A stretch of 63,994 bases of DNA, the filler included, from Ionaspis alba (Eukaryota), in assembly GCA_964255285.1 (NCBI GenBank). It is 6 parts of 6 records of this genome, joined end to end, with 100 filler letters (N's around TTAATTAATTAA, not from the genome) between each part and the next. Parts side by side here need not be neighbours in the genome. Positions count along the whole stretch, not along the records: positions 21,916 to 32,723 come from CAXUUL010000584.1; positions 32,824 to 43,628 come from CAXUUL010000585.1; 4 more parts are not named here. The stretch is one strand, 5' to 3'. The notes under the pieces were generated by a model, which saw only the letters and a list, made by a program, of their open reading frames with translations, was not told where the DNA came from and did no database searches. Below are positions 25,447 to 37,200 of the stretch, piece after piece. A program made the translations under genes and the position numbers. How positions within the stretch are numbered: the first letter of the stretch is position 1; each line of letters begins with the position of its first letter.

Positions 25447-27656
25447 CGTTGTATCGCAATCCACCTCACTTGCGCGAACCACGTGTATCGGTCACGACGA
25501 TGAGGAGAGGAGGTGATGTCGTCGCGGTGAAACGAATGTGAGGGTTTGCATCTAGACTGGCTGCTTTGGCTAGGTCGTCAGAGGCGGCGTCGTTCCTCCG
25601 CAACGCATCCAGGCTCAGCGCCCTCGATGGGCCAGGGGTGCGGAGAGAGGGTCAATTGCCGCGTGCTGGGGAAGCTGGCAGCCGCGCGATCGACAGGCGG
25701 GAATGTAGAGGTGGATTTCCTTTATGTGCGCGTTTGACCAAGAGGAGGACGTGTGTGTGTAAGTAGGTCTCCGGGGGGGTCGTGAGGTACTCTACTATGG
25801 GACCGGGTGGATTGTGGTAGGACAGGTATCACGACAGAAAGCAGCGGTCCTCAGGTCCTCAGGGAGAGATGCAGCAGTTAGTTGGCTCCTTGCACAAAAG
25901 TGTGGACGGAACTGTTATGTCGAGGACAGGGGCCGCTTGGTTCTGAGGCTTGCTGCAGATCGATTTAGCTAAAACGAGTGAGGCCGGAAGTCAAAAAAAT
26001 CGATATCGGCACGAAAAAGAAGGGTTCCTCCAGCTGAACGACGACAGAGGTGAGTGGCCGCCACGATCACAAAAAAAGACGTCAAACGGATGTGACGCGA
26101 CTACGTATGGTACTAAGGAGATGTAGGGAGGCAGTAGCTGAAGAAGGATCGAGGTCGTGACGGAAGTCAGCTACGGTATAATATTCAGCCTCCAAAGGTA
26201 CGATTGATATTAGGTGATGATGATAGACGATATAATGCGCAAACAGGCGTCGCCGGCCAGGTGGTAGTCAGTGTTGAAGAAGAGCGAGACAGCGAGTGTT
26301 GATTAATCATTGCCTTCATTACCTATCGAGACGGATCGAGTATTGCCATCGCCAAAGTGGTCCTATCCGTGTCGTTCCATTAAAGTATCCCCTTCGATTC
26401 CTCCCTATGCCTCCTCCTTGCCCCCCTAATCCCCGACCCCTACTCCTTGTATCCGATGAAACACCACCCACACCCGGGGCCCTCCTCCAACCCACAAATC
26501 CCAAGTGCCGTTCCAACAAAACAGTGTTGCGAAACCCACCGTCAGCTCATCGGCATCATCATCATCAGCAGTCGTCGCAGACCAAGCTCGCGAATCACTG
26601 AGTCCGCCGCGTATAATTCCACCGGATATACTCGTTCCCAAGTTATGTGGGTCCGCCCCTGGTTGATGCGTCGCGGGTTGCAGTAGTAGGCGACGCTTCG
26701 GAAAATTCTCCTTCACGGCCAGCATCGCGCTTAGGGGAACACACGGACCCTTGGCTGCGATGATGCTGGAACTGGGGAATGAGACTAGTTTGTGTAAATT
26801 GACTTGGCAATAGTGGGGGAAATGGATGGGTGTGGTGTGAGTGGTGAGTGGGTGAGTGGGTGGGAAGGGATAGGCGGCGACACCGGTTTCTGAGAGGGTG
26901 ATTAATGGCGAGACAGGAAGGATTGCCATGCCTGACGTCTTGCTTGGCCTGAAATGATGGCCCTGGATCCTAGGTTNNNNNNNNNNNNNNNNNNNNNNNN
27001 NNNNNNNNNNNNNNNNNNNNNNNNNNNNNNNNNNNNNNNNNNNNNNNNNNNNNNNNNNNNNNNNNNNNNNNNNNNNATTGCCATGCCTGACGTCTTGCTT
27101 GGCCTGAAATGATGGCCCTGGATCCTAGGTTTTCTTCATCTATCGACCTCGTATGCAAGTCTCACGTGAGGACGAAGTGATCAGTGGTGCAATCTACTTA
27201 TATGAAATCGTCTAAATTGACGCAAATAACTTGAGGGTGCTATACTCATCGTTCGGCATAGACAACGATTATACGCTCGTTTGGACTCGTTAGTAAACTC
27301 ATCATTGAAAACTCTCATATATCGAGTGATACTTCATGCAATTGAAGGATTGAAGAGCCGCCAGTTGGGAAGAAGGAACGCGGAAGGTATTCCCAGGAGC
27401 ATACGCAGCAACTGCAATACATAATCATCCATAGATACCATGCATAGATCTCCTTCTGTACCATCAGACGAATGCCCGCAAAGAGCGATGCTGAACAGCA
27501 AAGCCATCATCACTAACCTCCACATGCAGCCCGAATAGAACAATCAATCCTAGACCTTGATGCAGTAAACGCGATCCCCTTCCAGTATATAGACAACATC
27601 TCATCACAGTCACCCACTCCTTACCTCACCTCACTGCCCCCTCGCCCACATCCACC

Positions 27657-30509
27657 TCAAACACCCCCCTCAACCTTCCTCAAAAACTCCCTCACCCTCC
27701 CAACCTCCACATCCTCCCCGCCCTCACTCTCCACAGCAAGCACCAAACTCCCCACCATCCCATCAATCCTCTCCTCCTCCGTCCCCGTACAAAGCGCCAC
27801 CACCCTCCTCAACTTCTTCTCCAACTCAATACTCCTGCCCCTAAGCTGATTCGCAAACTCCACCAACCCCAGATTATTAACCCGATACGCCCTCACCCTC
27901 GCCTGCAAAATCTCCGCCCTCGGCAACCCGGCCAAATACGCTTGCTGCATGGGCGAAACACTTACCTGCAACGAAGGCGACGCGGGCGGGGACGGAAGCT
28001 GCGAAGCATCCACATCCAGCCCCGCGTCCGCATCTCCGACTTTGACGTCGAGGCGGGAGGCCGTGGTGGGGGCGGAGATACCGGAGCGGGCGAGGAGGGA
28101 TTTTTGGTCGGCGATGGCGCGGCGGAGGTTGGTGATTTGTTGCTTGAGGTCTTTGCGGCGGGTGGCGGTCTGTTGGAGGTCGGTAAGGTGACGGCGTTCG
28201 TCGGTGAGGAGGGAGCTGGTTTCGCGGAGCTTGGCGTGGGTTTGGTCGATGAGGGTTTGTTGGGATTGGAGCTCGGAGCGGAAGGAGGTTTCGGTGTCGG
28301 AGAGGAGGGTGGTGATTGCTTTTTGGGGGAAAGGTTAGTGGGTTGGTTTTGAGGGACGGCGGAGGGTGCTTACAGGTCATGAGGTCGCGACTGGTGTCGC
28401 TGACGCGGTTGATGGTTCTGTCGTGGCCGGGAAGTGAGATCTGGCTTGATGGGTGAGCGTCTGAAGGCTCGGGATCACCACCGACTCCAAAGTCAACAGG
28501 CTTCAAACCACCTCGATTTGGGATCGTAGGGTTTGCTCCGACTTCTAGTAGTTGTTGAATGATACTTTTGTTGCCGATTCTCGCGGCCAAGTTTAACGCT
28601 GTATCTCCGGACATGTCAACGGCATTGACGATCTCAGACATGAACCTAGCCAAGCCGATAGGTCTATGTTTAGACTGAGGCGCAGAGTTGAGACCATCAT
28701 TGAACGAGTTTTGCTGACTGCTCGGAGCACTTCCTTGTCGTACGACAAACTCAAGTAGAGACTCCAAGTAATACCTGCAAGCAGGACTTCTGCCTTTGAC
28801 AGCCGAAGAAACCGCAATGTGATGCAAGACCGTACGTCCGCGGCCATCTCTCATTTCAATCGTAGGGCCTAGAAGCTCAAGTAATTCTGGGAAGGTTCCT
28901 TGGTCAAGGTTGTTTGTAGTGAGAGCTGCCCGAATCAAAGCCGTCTCTCCTCCGCCGTTCACACGGAATATACTGGCACCTTTGGAGATCAAGGCTCTGA
29001 GAAGTGGAAGCCTTGCAAGAGTTGCAGCCCAGTGTAATGCTGTATGTGCAGTTCCGTCCATCGGAATGTCGAGATCTTCACCTGAGAGAAGCGTCAGAGC
29101 CTTGTGGTTGGAGAAATCGGTCTGTGCCGGGTCGAGAAACAATGAGATGAGATGAGACCGCTTTTCCATTGCAGAGGCTGTAGTCGGCTGAGGAAGAGGT
29201 TGAGCTCTGATGACTGTGTTGTCCATGACTGGGTGCGAGTGAGATACCTGTTGATATAGGAAAGAATCATTAGGTTCTGTTGGTGTCATGCTCCTCATGG
29301 AAATATCGTAACCACCGTTGGTGCTCTGCGAGAACGGGTCCTGGCTTGATGATGGCCTTGCACGTTTTCGGGGTGGTTCTTGGATGTCGGTAGCTGAGTG
29401 TTGAGCATTGGTGAAATATGGGGTAGTGTGAGCCCCGAACCCAGGTTCAAGCTGACCGTTGATTCCAAAACTCCCCTCCGAATGCATACTTTGTTGACTG
29501 CTGCCAGGGTAAGTAGATTCCTGACTTCCCATCAGAGATTGCCTTCGTGGAGGTGCAGGTCGCTTGTTGCCGCTCCCCGGTCTTGGACCTGGTGAGTCGA
29601 ATCTAGCTTTGTTGATGGCGTTCACTGCGTTCGCAGCCGTAGCTGAGATGTTCTTGAAAAATGTTCCGTTGGGTGACTGAGCAGATGGTCGATTCTCCGC
29701 ACCACCATTGAACATCATTTTCTTACGTTGCGCAGCCATTGCTTGTTCTTTCGTGGGCGTGTCAACTCCTCCTTGTCCAGGCAGGGTGATGCCATCTTGC
29801 CCCATGTCATAGTCAAGTAGCGGGCGAAGAAGCTCTTCGACGCCGTATTGACGGCAGAATTCTCTACCACGTTGATAGTTGATCCAAGTACCTTGATATC
29901 TACCATACCCGCCTTGCACCTTTTCATGTTCGCCGGCTAGAATTTCCTTCTCTAGAACCTTCGTTCGCTTTCCTTTGTCTATTCCAGCAACCTTGAGGAT
30001 CTGAGTGGCATTCAACCATGAGTCTGTTCGTCGGCGCATTACTGCGACACGGTTCACCTCCATTTCATACACTGAAACGCCAGAGTACGCAGCCTGGTAA
30101 GGAGGAAAGTGTCAGCAAGCTATTTTAAACCAGATTTTGGCAAAGGAATAGTGTCTTTGCGAAAGTGTATTGCCGAAGCAGGACATACGGTATATATTTG
30201 AGGTTTCTGTTCAGGAATATACTGCTGTTGCTGATGCTGGTGGATAGCGCCATTGGCATATTGCGGAGTCTGCTGCATATGTACACCATTCGTTGGGCCA
30301 TAGTTCCCCATATTGAAAGACATCTGCTGCTGATGTCCTCGGGAAGGAGGTGGAGTCTCGGTCGGTGTTGAGGCGACTGATTGTGAGGGTTGAAACGGAT
30401 TGTGCTCTCCAGGAGATAGATAATGACCCCCAATAGAGGACGCAGTACTGTTCCGGGAGAAGGATGGGGTTGGATACACTGGTTGTGCGGTATGGACTAT
30501 CGAAGCCAT
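27657..30509 (-). CDS. SWI6: APSES + ankyrin G1/S transcription factor (Swi6/Cdc10-like), 3 exons
   Basis: APSES domain VMRRRTDSWLNATQILKVAG...HEKVQGGYGRYQGTW. Ankyrin repeats HTALHWAA, GETALIRA and GDTALNLAARIG. C-terminal coiled coil. Confidence 0.9.
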
Positions 30510-31030
30510 GAGATTGGGAGAAGGGGGGTTGCTGCGCCTAGGAGCGACGACGACTCGTTCGAAAACGTCAATGCCTTCGATGCGCCGCAAAGGTCAGCGT
30601 CGTATGCGAGCAATGGTCAAAACTCAACATCTTCTCTACTCACCACCGTCAAGATCTCCGTCTAATTCGTCGGACGTGTCGCGTTATCCCAATTGGTTCG
30701 TAATTGAGTCCGCCTTGGCGCGTCCAATGTGCGCGACGACGTGTCGTGGAAATTGCAAGGTCTGACGCGGCGAAATCTCGTCGGCAGGTCCGGTCACTCT
30801 TTCAAAGTCGAAACGATGGCTATATCCATTTGAAGCGCCAGCTCAATGGGCCAATATGGACATTCAAGGCAGATACAGTAGAAGGGACTCGTGTGTTTCG
30901 CGGGGTTGGCGGTAGATAGTCTCGCTTCGCGTCATTTTAAGGGCTAAGTCCTTTCTAGGATGGTGGAGGTTGGCTCCTCGGATCTACTCTAGTTTGGAAA
31001 GTGCTGGCTCAAAAAATAACATTGAAGCTC

Positions 31031-31990
31031 ATGGTTGTCCTACAAGCACGAGCGAATCCTCTTCACCTCCTTCGAGCCATACTTCGTGAATGCACATACC
31101 TTCCAGACGAAGCTGCCCGATCCTACTGGCATGCATACACTGTTGAACGCTTCAGAGAGTACTGCCCACGGCGTTTCGGCAGATACAGAAAGAGGAAGCA
31201 AAAATCAAAACTACTCGATGAACATCGTCAGGTATATCTAAGTCACCAGGCTCGGAAGCTGGCCAGTCTACTACGACGTGCGAATGATGGTCATCTAGGA
31301 CCTTTGGAGAAAGTCCTCGCATACACATATGGTCGTACCGGGAAAAGGCGGCATGAACTGCTCGCAGCAGTCAATAGACCAGATGTACCAAACGACAATG
31401 AAGCTGTGCTACAGATGTCAGCTACCTCCCTTTACAGACGTAACACGAAGCTCCAGCTGCCAGACAGCTTGAAGGTCCTTGCAAAAGCACAGATGGCCCA
31501 GCCAGCGGCCCAGTTGTCAAGACCACCTATCAGAAGTCTAACACCCAGGATTCCAAAAACGAATATATGGGGTCGACCATTACCCATCAGAAGAGCCAGA
31601 AATCTCACAAGAAAGTGGTACTCCGGAATTCTTCAAAGGATCCTACCACCATTGCCGCAAGGAGAATGGGAACGCTTGCGAGATTTAGCAGTGGGAAAGA
31701 TGGTTTGGCCTGGACCCATACCTCGTCGAAGCAAATGCATAACTGCCCCACAAAGAATCAACGGAAGCAATCCGCACAATCTGACACGGAAATTTATGAG
31801 AAGATTGTGGGGAAGGATATTTGTTCGGTGCCCTCTTATGATTTGGGACCCAAACAAATCCTCCTGGACAGTCCAGTGGGGCAAAATCCTGAAGTGGGGC
31901 AATCGAGAAGCTTTGCAACCAAGGGTTGAATGGGAGAAGGTGTTTTTTGACGGAGTGAGCGAGAATGGAAAACGACCTCGTGTTATATGA
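31031..31990 (+). CDS. LYR-motif-like, highly basic putative mitochondrial protein
   Basis: N-terminal LHLLRAILRECTYLPD...RFR, plus YGRTGKRR and NIWGRPLP.RR.N motifs. Single exon. Confidence 0.7.
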   Translation: MVVLQARANPLHLLRAILRECTYLPDEAARSYWHAYTVERFREYCPRRFGRYRKRKQKSKLLDEHRQVYLSHQARKLASLLRRANDGHLGPLEKVLAYTYGRTGKRRHELLAAVNRPDVPNDNEAVLQMSATSLYRRNTKLQLPDSLKVLAKAQMAQPAAQLSRPPIRSLTPRIPKTNIWGRPLPIRRARNLTRKWYSGILQRILPPLPQGEWERLRDLAVGKMVWPGPIPRRSKCITAPQRINGSNPHNLTRKFMRRLWGRIFVRCPLMIWDPNKSSWTVQWGKILKWGNREALQPRVEWEKVFFDGVSENGKRPRVI

Positions 31991-32196
31991 CTTCGAGACA
32001 TCCTTGTTGCGGCACGTGGCTTGCAAAAACGTCGACAAACCAAAGCCGCAATTTAGTTGGCAACCCACTAAACGTCCACTGGACCATCTGTGCATGGGCG
32101 GTCTCCTGGAGCTCAAAACTGTTGATCACCGCGTAATTTGTGGCACAAAGTCTTTTTGGTTTGCCAGTTTTTTTTTTAAGCCGCTTGCGCGGTAAA

Positions 32197-32723
32197 TCAT
32201 GACTCCTGCTCGCGCTTGTCACAGTGACTACCATTCCTGAGCCATGGCTTTGGAAGCATTTGGCTTATTTCTTTTGGGAGGTACTGAGTGATGTAAGTAA
32301 CGAAAAGCTCCTCTACCTTCTTGATCCCCTTGATTGATACGATGTCCAGCGAGTTTACGTCTTTCCTGAGAGTCTGGTCAAGGTGATGATTACAGCTGTG
32401 ATTGAATATTGGAAACAGTGGTGGGATCGAAGTGATCCTTCGGCCATCTGTCGAGCAAACAATGTTTAACTGGTTGTTGCTGATACGATCTCAAATGGAC
32501 CGGATGACCCAGGTGTCGAATCGCAAGTCAGCAAAAGGGTCGATGTCGAGTTGTAGTAATAGCTTGTTCGGTGCTTCAATGTCGTATATAAACCTCCACG
32601 GCCATAACTTCTCGCTATCATATGCCGCACTGAAGCGTGCTAGCAGCGGGTGATCCAGTGGATGGAAGTTCTTTTTCTGAGCACAAGGTGCTAGTACTCG
32701 CAGTAGCATTAGACCTTTCAAGA
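32197..32723 (-). pseudogene. 3' part of a SET-domain gene with an in-frame TGA (5'-truncated by the contig end)
   Basis: Reading through the TGA at 32491-32493 gives PLFPIFNHSC...IKGIKKVEELFVTYI, the SET NHSC and EEL.x.Y motifs. Confidence 0.7.
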
Positions 32724-32823
32724 NNNNNNNNNNNNNNNNNNNNNNNNNNNNNNNNNNNNNNNNNNNNTTAATTAATTAANNNNNNNNNNNNNNNNNNNNN
32801 NNNNNNNNNNNNNNNNNNNNNNN
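32724..32823. other. Artificial contig linker
   Basis: N44-TTAATTAATTAA-N44. Confidence 0.98.
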
Positions 32824-35800
32824 ACGCGGTGGGTAAAAAGCGGCTTATGGAAGAGATAGATGGGTCGCCTATCTCACGAAAGATGGCTCGGGGAAATGAA
32901 CGTCAAGCCTCACCTCAGATCTATGAGGTAAACCAGTTAATCCCTACAAGGCTCAAGACCAAGGACTTTCCCTACACCCGAGCGAGTTCCTTCTCCACAG
33001 CAACGACAACAACTGCCCATACCTCTTTGAATACCTCTTTTGCAACAGATTCCACCGCCATTTCCTTCAGCTCGTCCCTGAACCGCGATGACACAGATAC
33101 TCTCCATCCCGTAGGAGAGACCAAGCATCATTTGGACGATCTATCAATCACACTTCGCGACGAAGAAATGGTAAAGAATGGTTTCTCTGCAACCAAGAGC
33201 AGAACGTGTCCAAGTCCCTTCATCACGCCACCCGATGCAGACTCTCGTACTCTCACCAGCGGGCTCTCAACAGATGACTATCTACAGAAATATCTGATTG
33301 TTCAAACACCCTTCTGTGAGTACCTATCAATATACTAGCCCTCGGACGAAACTCATACCACACAGCACCTTCAGCGAACTGGTCACACGAATCAGGGTCT
33401 TTGAGGGAAATCTATGAGATATCACGCGTCGCTCTCCATTGCAACTTATCCCCTTCGCATCTTTGGAGTTGTTTGACGCGACGTACTGGTGATTATGGTG
33501 ATCTCTGGTCTTCCATGAACACCTACGTGACAAGGAAAGGGAAAGTTCTACCAGAGCGTTCAAGCTCAGATGCCTGGACAAGGGCTGAGAACATGGCTCA
33601 TGGAGTGATGCTGACCGGAGAAATAACCTACAACAAGCAACCTGGAGAGCCTCTCTTCAAATTCACTCTCAAGCCTCTAAAAGTGGAGCCTTCTTATCGA
33701 CTGGCTCGTAAATATGGTAGTGATCGTTTTCTAATTCTCGGACTTCCTGGTTTGACTCCCAATGATCTTCCTTCGTACTTGAAACATGATGCCACAAAAG
33801 TTCGCGACGCTATCATCTCTTGGCTTGTCGATGGCGAGCATTTCTTCCTCGGGCGTCGGTGGGGCGCATTTTTCATTAAGGACCAGCAGAGGTCTACCAA
33901 GTCCCGCAAGAACACTGCCATAGGCTTCAATAAGATCCTTCATCGAATCTACTTCTTCGCCACCGACGGCTTCGGACTTGTTCCTCGATGTGCTTCTCTA
34001 ACGCTAGGAGGTGCTTCTCGCGTGGCGACTAGTGTGAAAGAGCTTATTACCTGGTTTATGCACGTTGAGTCGAACAGGAATCAACCTTCAGTCAAGCTCT
34101 TTGCTAGGCTTGCCTTAGGTATGTTACCGATCGAAGCTACAGACTATGCTGACATCGTCATCAGGTGTCAGTGACACTGAACCGACCGTTGAATTCACGA
34201 AGAATGAGATCTTTCGTAGTGATGATGCATTCTCCGACTCTCCTGATGTTCGCCGCCTTGACATCAAGCGTTCAAACGCAAAGAAGAAAGGAATCAGACC
34301 CAAAATCAAGCCTAAAGGGGCAGTGATGAACGATGTGAGTCGAGAATTGATTGCTTATGTTCTGACTGAGGTGAAATTTAGGGCTGCGCCCGGATCTCGG
34401 TCACAGCTGCGAAGGCAATAGCTGATCAGCTTGGTCTACAAGGCCAGGTTCCATGCGTTTTTCAAGGTAGAATTGGCGGGGCTAAAGGTGTTTGGATGGT
34501 AGATGCCATTGACGAGCAGACTTCATTATCCGAGAGAGGATTCTGGATTGAGATCACTGACTCGCAGCTCAAGTTCGAGACCCACCCGATAGACAAGCTC
34601 TATCCTGACAACGCCCGCGTGACATTTGAAGTCCACGCTTACGCCTTGCCGCCTTCATCAAGTGCGCTTAACTATCAACTTATGCCAATCTTAGTCGATC
34701 GTGGAGTCCCAAAAGATGTGCTCACAAGACTACTCGAGGAAGACTTGACCGCCAAAGTTGCCAACCTGGAGGTCGCCATGGACAGTGCCTTGGCTCTCCG
34801 GAAATGGAACCAGGAAAACAATTCTGTCACTGGTGAGCGAGTTAGGTTTGGTAAGGTCGAGACAACCGCTGGTCTACCCAAATCTCTGGCAGAAACAGTC
34901 AATTGGGCCGTAGAGGTTAGGCCTCATTGCGCACTCACTTATGGATGCTAATTATTTTCTTCATAGCACGGTTTTGAGCCCAAAAGCTGTTACTTCCTTA
35001 AAGAGTTATGCTACAAGTCTATCGCTGCTTATTGTGACCGCCTCGAGAATAGCGTGAAGATTGGTCTCGGTCGATCTACGATTTTGTTCATGATAGCAGA
35101 CCCGCTGGCGGTCCTGGAGGAGGGAGAAGTCCATGTCGGCTTTTCCAATTCATTCATCGATCCCAAGAGTAACTTTCAAGATACTTTACTGAACAATTTG
35201 GATCTTCTTGTTGCACGCCTACCTGCTCATCTACCTTCGGATATCCAAAAGGTGATCCCAACTCATGTCTTGACCTCCACTCTAGCGCTTACAACGAATA
35301 GGTCCGAGCTGTCTTCAAACCCGAGCTTGCCGTATACAAGGATGTCATAGTCTTCTCATCGAAAGGCAAGATTCCACTGGCAGATAAGCTGTCGGGGTAC
35401 GTTTCTTTGTGCAACTATCGTACTCAAAAGTTCCTAATGAAGTAACAGTGGAGACTACGACGGCGATAGAGCCTGGATCTGCTGGGAGAATGATATCGTT
35501 GATTCGTTCCGCAATGCTGAGCTGCACAAATCTCCCGATCTAGAGTACTATGGTCTAGTGAAAGATGAAACTAAGATCGCAGACATCATCGATCTTCCAG
35601 ACTTCACTTCACACTTCCTAAAGCACGGCTTTGACTTCAATACCCAATCCGGAATGCTAGGGATATGCACTCACTACCACGATGCTCTCTGCTACAGAAA
35701 CAACTCTATAGACAGTCTCATTGCCAAAGACATTGCTGTCCTGCTAGGCTATCTTGTAGACAGCGCTAAAGGCGGTCTAATATTTTCTCCCAAGACTTGG

Positions 35801-36538
35801 GACGAGTTCCGGAGAAACCATAACTTACCACTGCAGCTACCGAAACCGGCTTATAAGTTGCGGGAGGGAAAACCGCGCATGGACAACATCATTGACTGCC
35901 TGGTCCTCAAAGCTAAGACTGTCCGTCAAGGAGCCCTAGCCAATTTCAGCAAACACTTCCGGGATGCTTCACCGTGGGACGAGAACCTCGTCTCTATTTG
36001 GAAGGCCGAAGACAAATTGGCAGGGAAAGACCCAGCTCTCCGCGCTATTCTACAAGATCTGGTAGCCCAGATTGAAGTGGTGCACAGTTTCTGGACTGCC
36101 AATTGTCGGACCGGTGATGAAGGCTTCCCAGCACTCGCCGAGCAGACCCGCGATAAGTTTCTTGCGATCCGTCCGCTGAAAAGTAGCTCACATCCGATGG
36201 CCGTTCGTTGGCGCTCCGATGAGGGATCCTGTAGTACTGCGTGGCTACATCTTAAAGCATCAACGCTTTTCCAGCGCACGTACCGCTTTGGGAAACACTC
36301 ATTTCCGTGGTATGTCTGTGGGAAGGAGTTGGGGGAGATTAAGGTGAGAGCGAGAGGCAGTGGGCATGCGATTGTCGACGAGCTCTATGTGCCTTATCGA
36401 CTTGATGCTAAGATGGTGAAGAGGCTGGAGAGGAGGAAGGATGTTGATACGGTCGTGGAGGAGGATGAGGAGTTTGGGGACGAGGAGTGGCAGGAGTTGT
36501 TGGAGGGAGTTGAGTGGGATGATCGGGGAGTTGCTTGA
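32824..36538 (+). CDS. qde-1: Cellular RNA-dependent RNA polymerase, QDE-1-like (5'-truncated, multi-exon)
   Basis: MNDGCARIS, FQGRIGGAKG, ADPLAVLEEGEVH, ARLPAHLPSDIQKV and catalytic KLSGGDYDGD (split by an intron at about 35397-35448), then LVDSAK. Confidence 0.9.
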
Positions 36539-37200
36539 ATGATGGATCGGAGTAGAGGTGTTGGGGACTAGCTGCTGCTAGAGTTTGCGGGCCTGGGAAC
36601 GAGTTTGGGCAAGCGGCCAGATTCTAGGATTCTGGCGTGTCGTGACAGATTTCGGTATACCTACGACGTTTTGCGGTCTTTGGGAGATGAGTTGATACTC
36701 TTGCTGTATACACTGCAATTGGGCTGTTTCAGTACACCTCTCGGTTTTGTCTGATGTGATGGTGGTTGGCTTGATGAAGAGTACTTGATGATCAAGTATA
36801 GAGTTTCCTGGTTGGTCAGGATGGCGGTGAGCTTGATGAAGAGTACCTAATGATGGATGGAATTGTTACAGAGTTAGATACTTTCGGTCAAAATAGATTT
36901 CGGTTTCCCTCCCGTCAATCAATTCAGCCAAAGCGGAATCAAGACAGGTGTTTGACTACGTTCGCAACACCAAAGAACACTCACACCCACAGCACGAAAA
37001 TCGCAATCAATGATACAACAGCATCGATCGGTGATCGCAAGCTCGTACTTTAGCATCTCGTATCGTACATAACAGCACTTCTAAAGCCAGAAACCGGCAA
37101 AAAGGGTATAATCCACCACCAGCTCCACGGCATTCCCCTCCAAACACCTTTCCCAATACTCATTCCCATCCCATCCCATCCCATCTCTTGTCTCAGCCAA

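Noticed and set aside
26426..26929. 167-aa minus-strand ORF between RGA1 and SWI6
   Set aside because: No recognisable domain, it lies next to a gap artifact, and there is too little support.
26922..27131. Second exact 55-nt direct repeat flanking a 100-N gap
   Set aside because: Same assembler signature, so not an LTR or TSD.
27877..28372. Pro/Arg-rich tail of the 731-aa ORF
   Set aside because: It results from reading through an intron into the wrong frame. The spliced frame gives the Swi6 coiled coil ending at 27657.
37165..37185. (CCATC)n and, at about 40085, (TTCCAT)n microsatellites
   Set aside because: Ordinary short simple repeats, not telomeric or CRISPR-like.
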